The translations under genes were made by a program, and so were the position numbers. A DNA stretch of 64,000 bases, taken from assembly GCA_965227295.1 (NCBI GenBank), contig OZ245742.1:3872001-3936000 (forward strand), written 5' to 3'. Position 1 is the stretch's first letter. Every line of letters begins with the position of its first letter. The DNA comes from Leptonemataceae bacterium. Lineage in GTDB: Bacteria > Spirochaetota > Leptospiria > Leptospirales > Leptonemataceae. This document shows positions 60,578 to 64,000 of the stretch, one piece after another. The notes below the pieces were generated by a model, which saw only the letters and a list, made by a program, of their open reading frames with translations, made no database searches and was not told the origin of the DNA.

Positions 60578-62026
60578 TCAGCGTCCGGGTTTGAACGGCC
60601 CCTCGATCGCGAGCACCAGTCCATCCAACTGCAAATTCACGAACAGCGTCCGTCCGTCCGCTGAAAAACAGGCCCCGCATAGTTCCGACCAACTCCCCGC
60701 ATTTCGCGCAATGCGATACACGCCGCCGTCCGGCTTAATGCCCAGCAAATAATTGTTACCGGGCCCGTCCTCGCATACGATCAAGTCCCCGTTCGGTGCG
60801 ACGCATAGATTGTCCGCGTTTTCGAGGATGTCCGAGTTCCGTGGTTCGAGAAAGAGTTCGAGAACACCTTTAGTTTCTACTGAGATATTCTTAGCGCGCT
60901 CCGCCCGGTAGCGCCAGATCTGTCCGCGGGAGCCCAGGCCGCCGGTGGTGCACGCGAAGAAAAACTCCCCGTCCCCGAACCACATGCCTTCCCCGCGATC
61001 GAAGACCGCTGCGCCCCGTGCACGGCCCTGAAGGCGCAGATCCTCCAGCGGCGCTTCCGGTTCGTCCAGATCCACCCAGTCCACGGCCAGGGTCTCCCCG
61101 GGGCGAATGCTTAATGCTCCACGATTGTTCGTTAGCGCACCAGGTGCATCGATCAAGCGCAGCGCCTGCAAGCGTCCGCCGCGACTCAGGTCCGTCCGCC
61201 GGGAACCCGTCGCGCGTTCTTCCGGCACGAAGCGATACAACAATCCGTCCGGCCGGTCCTCGGTCTGATAGACCACGTGACTGTGCGGATCGATCGCCAC
61301 GGCCTCGCGGCGAAAGCGGCCCATCGCTTTCAACGGCACGGCCGCCACTAACTCCGGACGACTGACATCTAACGGGACCGGCACCTCGAATGCATAGCCG
61401 TGATCCACGAGATAACCTTCGTCGGCGTCCGCATCTTTCACGTTCTCCTCGCAACTGATCCAGGCGTTCCAGGGCGCCGGGCCGCCGGCGCAGTTCCGCA
61501 TGGTCCCGCCCAATCGCAGATAGCGTGCTTCGACTTCCGGCGGCGCATCGCCTGCGCGGGGTGCGAGGACAATCGCGCTCACCCCGCCGGGCGCCGGTCG
61601 TCGGCCCGCCCGCCGATCATACAACTTCGAAGCATCCAGACGCGACAGCAGCCGGCCGTTTTTGCCGAACGCGTCGTAGTTGCCGGTAAAACTCCTCCAG
61701 AATTCCGAGGGGTCGAGTTCGTGATTGCACAGCAGGACGGTTCGGCCACCGGGGCCTGGAAAGGCGGCCATGCCGTCGGGCCGGCCGGGGAAGATGAGGC
61801 CGTCGTCCATGGGGTCGCCCCGACGCGCCAGAATCGTGTAGCGAAAATCGGGTGGTAGATCGAGGATCCCGTCGGGATCGGGGCGCAGATCGCCGTATCC
61901 GCGAAGCAGGTAGCCTGGAGCTGTATGGGCGCAGGCGGCGAGGCGGCTCAAGGCCGTGAAGGCGAGGGCGGTTCGCGCGCCGTCGCGGAGAAACTGACGG
62001 CGATTGAGAAAATCGCCGCGGCTCAT
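60578..62026 (-). CDS. phoX: PhoX-family alkaline phosphatase (DUF839), Tat-exported
   Basis: NRRQFL leader; PDGM, NHE, RNCAGG..PW.AWISCEE, GRF.REA, CEDG, SELCG. Confidence 0.85.
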   Translation of the reverse strand: MSRGDFLNRRQFLRDGARTALAFTALSRLAACAHTAPGYLLRGYGDLRPDPDGILDLPPDFRYTILARRGDPMDDGLIFPGRPDGMAAFPGPGGRTVLLCNHELDPSEFWRSFTGNYDAFGKNGRLLSRLDASKLYDRRAGRRPAPGGVSAIVLAPRAGDAPPEVEARYLRLGGTMRNCAGGPAPWNAWISCEENVKDADADEGYLVDHGYAFEVPVPLDVSRPELVAAVPLKAMGRFRREAVAIDPHSHVVYQTEDRPDGLLYRFVPEERATGSRRTDLSRGGRLQALRLIDAPGALTNNRGALSIRPGETLAVDWVDLDEPEAPLEDLRLQGRARGAAVFDRGEGMWFGDGEFFFACTTGGLGSRGQIWRYRAERAKNISVETKGVLELFLEPRNSDILENADNLCVAPNGDLIVCEDGPGNNYLLGIKPDGGVYRIARNAGSWSELCGACFSADGRTLFVNLQLDGLVLAIEGPFKPGR

Positions 62027-62089
62027 CGGCACGCCTCGCCGTCGTTTTTTGCTTGATCGAACGGTGACATAAGCAGAACAATCCCGTCC

Positions 62090-63133
62090 ATGCAATACTC
62101 TCAGGAACTCGCCGACATCGCCCGCAAGCTGGCCGCGGACGGTCGCGGCATTCTCGCCGCCGACGAAAGCACGGGCACCATCGGCAAGCGGCTGGCTACA
62201 ATCAATACCGAAAACACCGAGGAGAATCGCCGGGCCTACCGCGAGCTGCTCTTTACGGCGCCGGGCATTTCGGAGTTCATCAGCGGCTCCATTCTGTACG
62301 ACGAAACCATCCGTCAGTCCACGAAGGACGGCACGCCGTTCCCGGAGTACATGAAACAAAACAACATGATCCCCGGCATCAAGGTCGATACCGGCGCGAA
62401 AGCTCTGGCCGGCGGCCGGAACGACGAAAAGATCACCGAAGGCCTCGACGGCCTGCGCGAACGTTTGCAGGAGTACCACAAACTCGGCGCGCGTTTTGCG
62501 AAGTGGCGTGCGGTGATCGAAATCGATCCGGCTGCGCCAGGTGAAGAAGCGCGTCCGTCGCGTTACGCCATCGAAACCAACGCCCACGCCCTCGCACGCT
62601 ACGCGGCACTGTGCCAGGAAAACGGACTCGTGCCGATTGTGGAGCCCGAGGTCTTGATGGACGGCGCCCACGACATCAAACGCTGCTTTGCCGTCACCGA
62701 GCATACCCTGCACACGGTCTTTAAAGCGCTCTACGATCAGCACGTGGTACTGGAAAACATTCTGTTAAAGCCGAACATGGTCATTGCCGGTAAGAAGTGT
62801 GCACAGCAGGCGTCGCCGCAGCAGGTGGCGGAAGAAACGTTGCGTTGCCTGCGCCGCGTCGTCCCCGCGGCGGTTCCCGGCATTGTCTTTCTTTCCGGCG
62901 GTCAATCGGACGAACTCGCCACCGAACACCTGAACCTTATGAACGCTACGGGGCCGCTGCCCTGGCTGCTCAGCTTCTCGTACGGTCGTGCGCTTCAGGC
63001 GCCGGCCCTCAAGGCCTGGGGCGGTGAAGCCGGAAAGGTCGGCGACGCCCAGGCGGCGTTGATCAAACGCGCGAAGCTGAACAGCGCGGCATGCTTCGGC
63101 AAGTACAGCACGGACATGGAAAAGGCGGCGTGA
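62090..63133 (+). CDS. Class I fructose-bisphosphate aldolase
   Basis: GILAADES, PGIKVD, FAKWRAV, VPIVEPEV, LLKPNM, FLSGGQS, FSYGRALQ. Confidence 0.96.
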   Translation: MQYSQELADIARKLAADGRGILAADESTGTIGKRLATINTENTEENRRAYRELLFTAPGISEFISGSILYDETIRQSTKDGTPFPEYMKQNNMIPGIKVDTGAKALAGGRNDEKITEGLDGLRERLQEYHKLGARFAKWRAVIEIDPAAPGEEARPSRYAIETNAHALARYAALCQENGLVPIVEPEVLMDGAHDIKRCFAVTEHTLHTVFKALYDQHVVLENILLKPNMVIAGKKCAQQASPQQVAEETLRCLRRVVPAAVPGIVFLSGGQSDELATEHLNLMNATGPLPWLLSFSYGRALQAPALKAWGGEAGKVGDAQAALIKRAKLNSAACFGKYSTDMEKAA

Positions 63134-63237
63134 TTTCGCTGTGAGATTCCCGGCTTCAATTCGGTCGGGGCGCACCCGACTTCGCTTTCTTTTTTCGTTG
63201 TGATTCCCCGGCCAGGTCATCACCAGGGAGCTTTTCC

Positions 63238-63882
63238 ATGGAACACCAATTCTGGCACGAACGCTGGAACGAAAACAAAATCGCCTTTCATCAGAGCGAG
63301 GCCCATCCGCTGCTCGTGACACACCTGGGGAGACTTGCGCTAACTGCCGGCCAGCGCGTGTTTATCCCGCTGTGCGGCAAGACCCTGGATGTCGGCTATC
63401 TACTTTCGCAGGGCTATCGCGTGGCCGGTGCCGAACTGGTGGAAAGCGCGGTGCAGCAACTCTTCGCGGAACTCGGCATTACGCCGGAGGTCGAGGCCGC
63501 GGGCAAACTCAAGCGCTACAGCGCGCCGAACGTCGACGTTTTCGTCGGAGACATCTTTGATCTTACGAAAGAAGTCCTGGGGCCGATCGACGCCGTCTAC
63601 GACCGCGCGGCCCTCGTCGCGTTGCCCGAGGATATGCGCAAGCGTTATACACGACATCTCATGGAACTCACAGCCACCGCGCCGCAGTTTCTGATTACGT
63701 TCGAGTACGATCAAAAGAAAATGGACGGCCCGCCGTTTTCCATCAGTCACGCAGAAGTGCGCGAGCACTACGCGGCGCAGTACAGACCGACTTTGATCGA
63801 AAGTGCGGCAGTCTCCGGCAAACTCAAGGGCCGCGTCGAAGCAAACGAGGACGTGTGGTTGTTGCAACCCGGAAGCAGATGA
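63238..63882 (+). CDS. tpm: Thiopurine S-methyltransferase
   Basis: FWHERW, VFIPLCGK.LD, YDRAALVALP, GPPFS. Confidence 0.93.
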   Translation: MEHQFWHERWNENKIAFHQSEAHPLLVTHLGRLALTAGQRVFIPLCGKTLDVGYLLSQGYRVAGAELVESAVQQLFAELGITPEVEAAGKLKRYSAPNVDVFVGDIFDLTKEVLGPIDAVYDRAALVALPEDMRKRYTRHLMELTATAPQFLITFEYDQKKMDGPPFSISHAEVREHYAAQYRPTLIESAAVSGKLKGRVEANEDVWLLQPGSR

Positions 63883-63885
63883 AAT

Positions 63886-64000
63886 GGCAAACGCCGCGGG
63901 GCACAGCTCTTGAACTACCGAAAGCGTTTTGTTCGTTCGATTACGCCCCGAATCGTGGTGTAAGTAGCGGCCAACGTACATTAAGCCTTTTATGGTTACG
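63886..64000. repeat. Dispersed copy of the 329-bp repeat unit (runs off the window)
   Basis: GGCAAACGCCGCGGGGCACAGCTCTTGAACTACCG...ACGCCCCGAATCGTGGTGTAAG matches 32455-32533. Confidence 0.92.

Noticed and set aside
62027..62743. N-terminal extension of the 721-aa ORF 60578-62743
   Set aside because: It overlaps the aldolase in antisense; the PhoX Tat leader starts at ATG 62026.

Overview
GC-rich bacterial chromosome segment, most likely from a Leptospiraceae spirochaete. This is inferred from the M23-peptidase–gspC-N synteny, a TIGR04388-type giant protein and Flavo-1-like repeats. The window carries a complete type II secretion operon (gspCDEFGHIJKLMN) followed by an unknown exported protein and two catalytically degenerate Deg/HtrA-PDZ proteins. 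Housekeeping genes include smpB, der, plsY, cca, sucCD, clpS/clpA, a thiolase and a class I aldolase. It also has an orphan RND pump, a DUF4202–siroheme reductase–hypothetical operon, and a secreted TIGR04388-like protein with a C-terminal HExxH domain coupled to an RDD gene. The non-coding DNA is the most unusual part. (i) A tandem array of three ~329-bp mosaic units lies at 32330-33291, with a fourth copy at the window end; the unit reads like a frame-disrupted, circularly permuted fossil of a REP-associated tyrosine transposase (RAYT). (ii) At least seven Flavo-1-like structured repeats show visible compensatory base changes. (iii) A second REP-like inverted-repeat family is present. Also seen are an AT-rich frameshifted foreign gene, a frameshifted lipoprotein gene and an AraC remnant. 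No rRNA, tRNA, CRISPR array or intact transposase was found. All family assignments are by-eye motif recognition, not database results.
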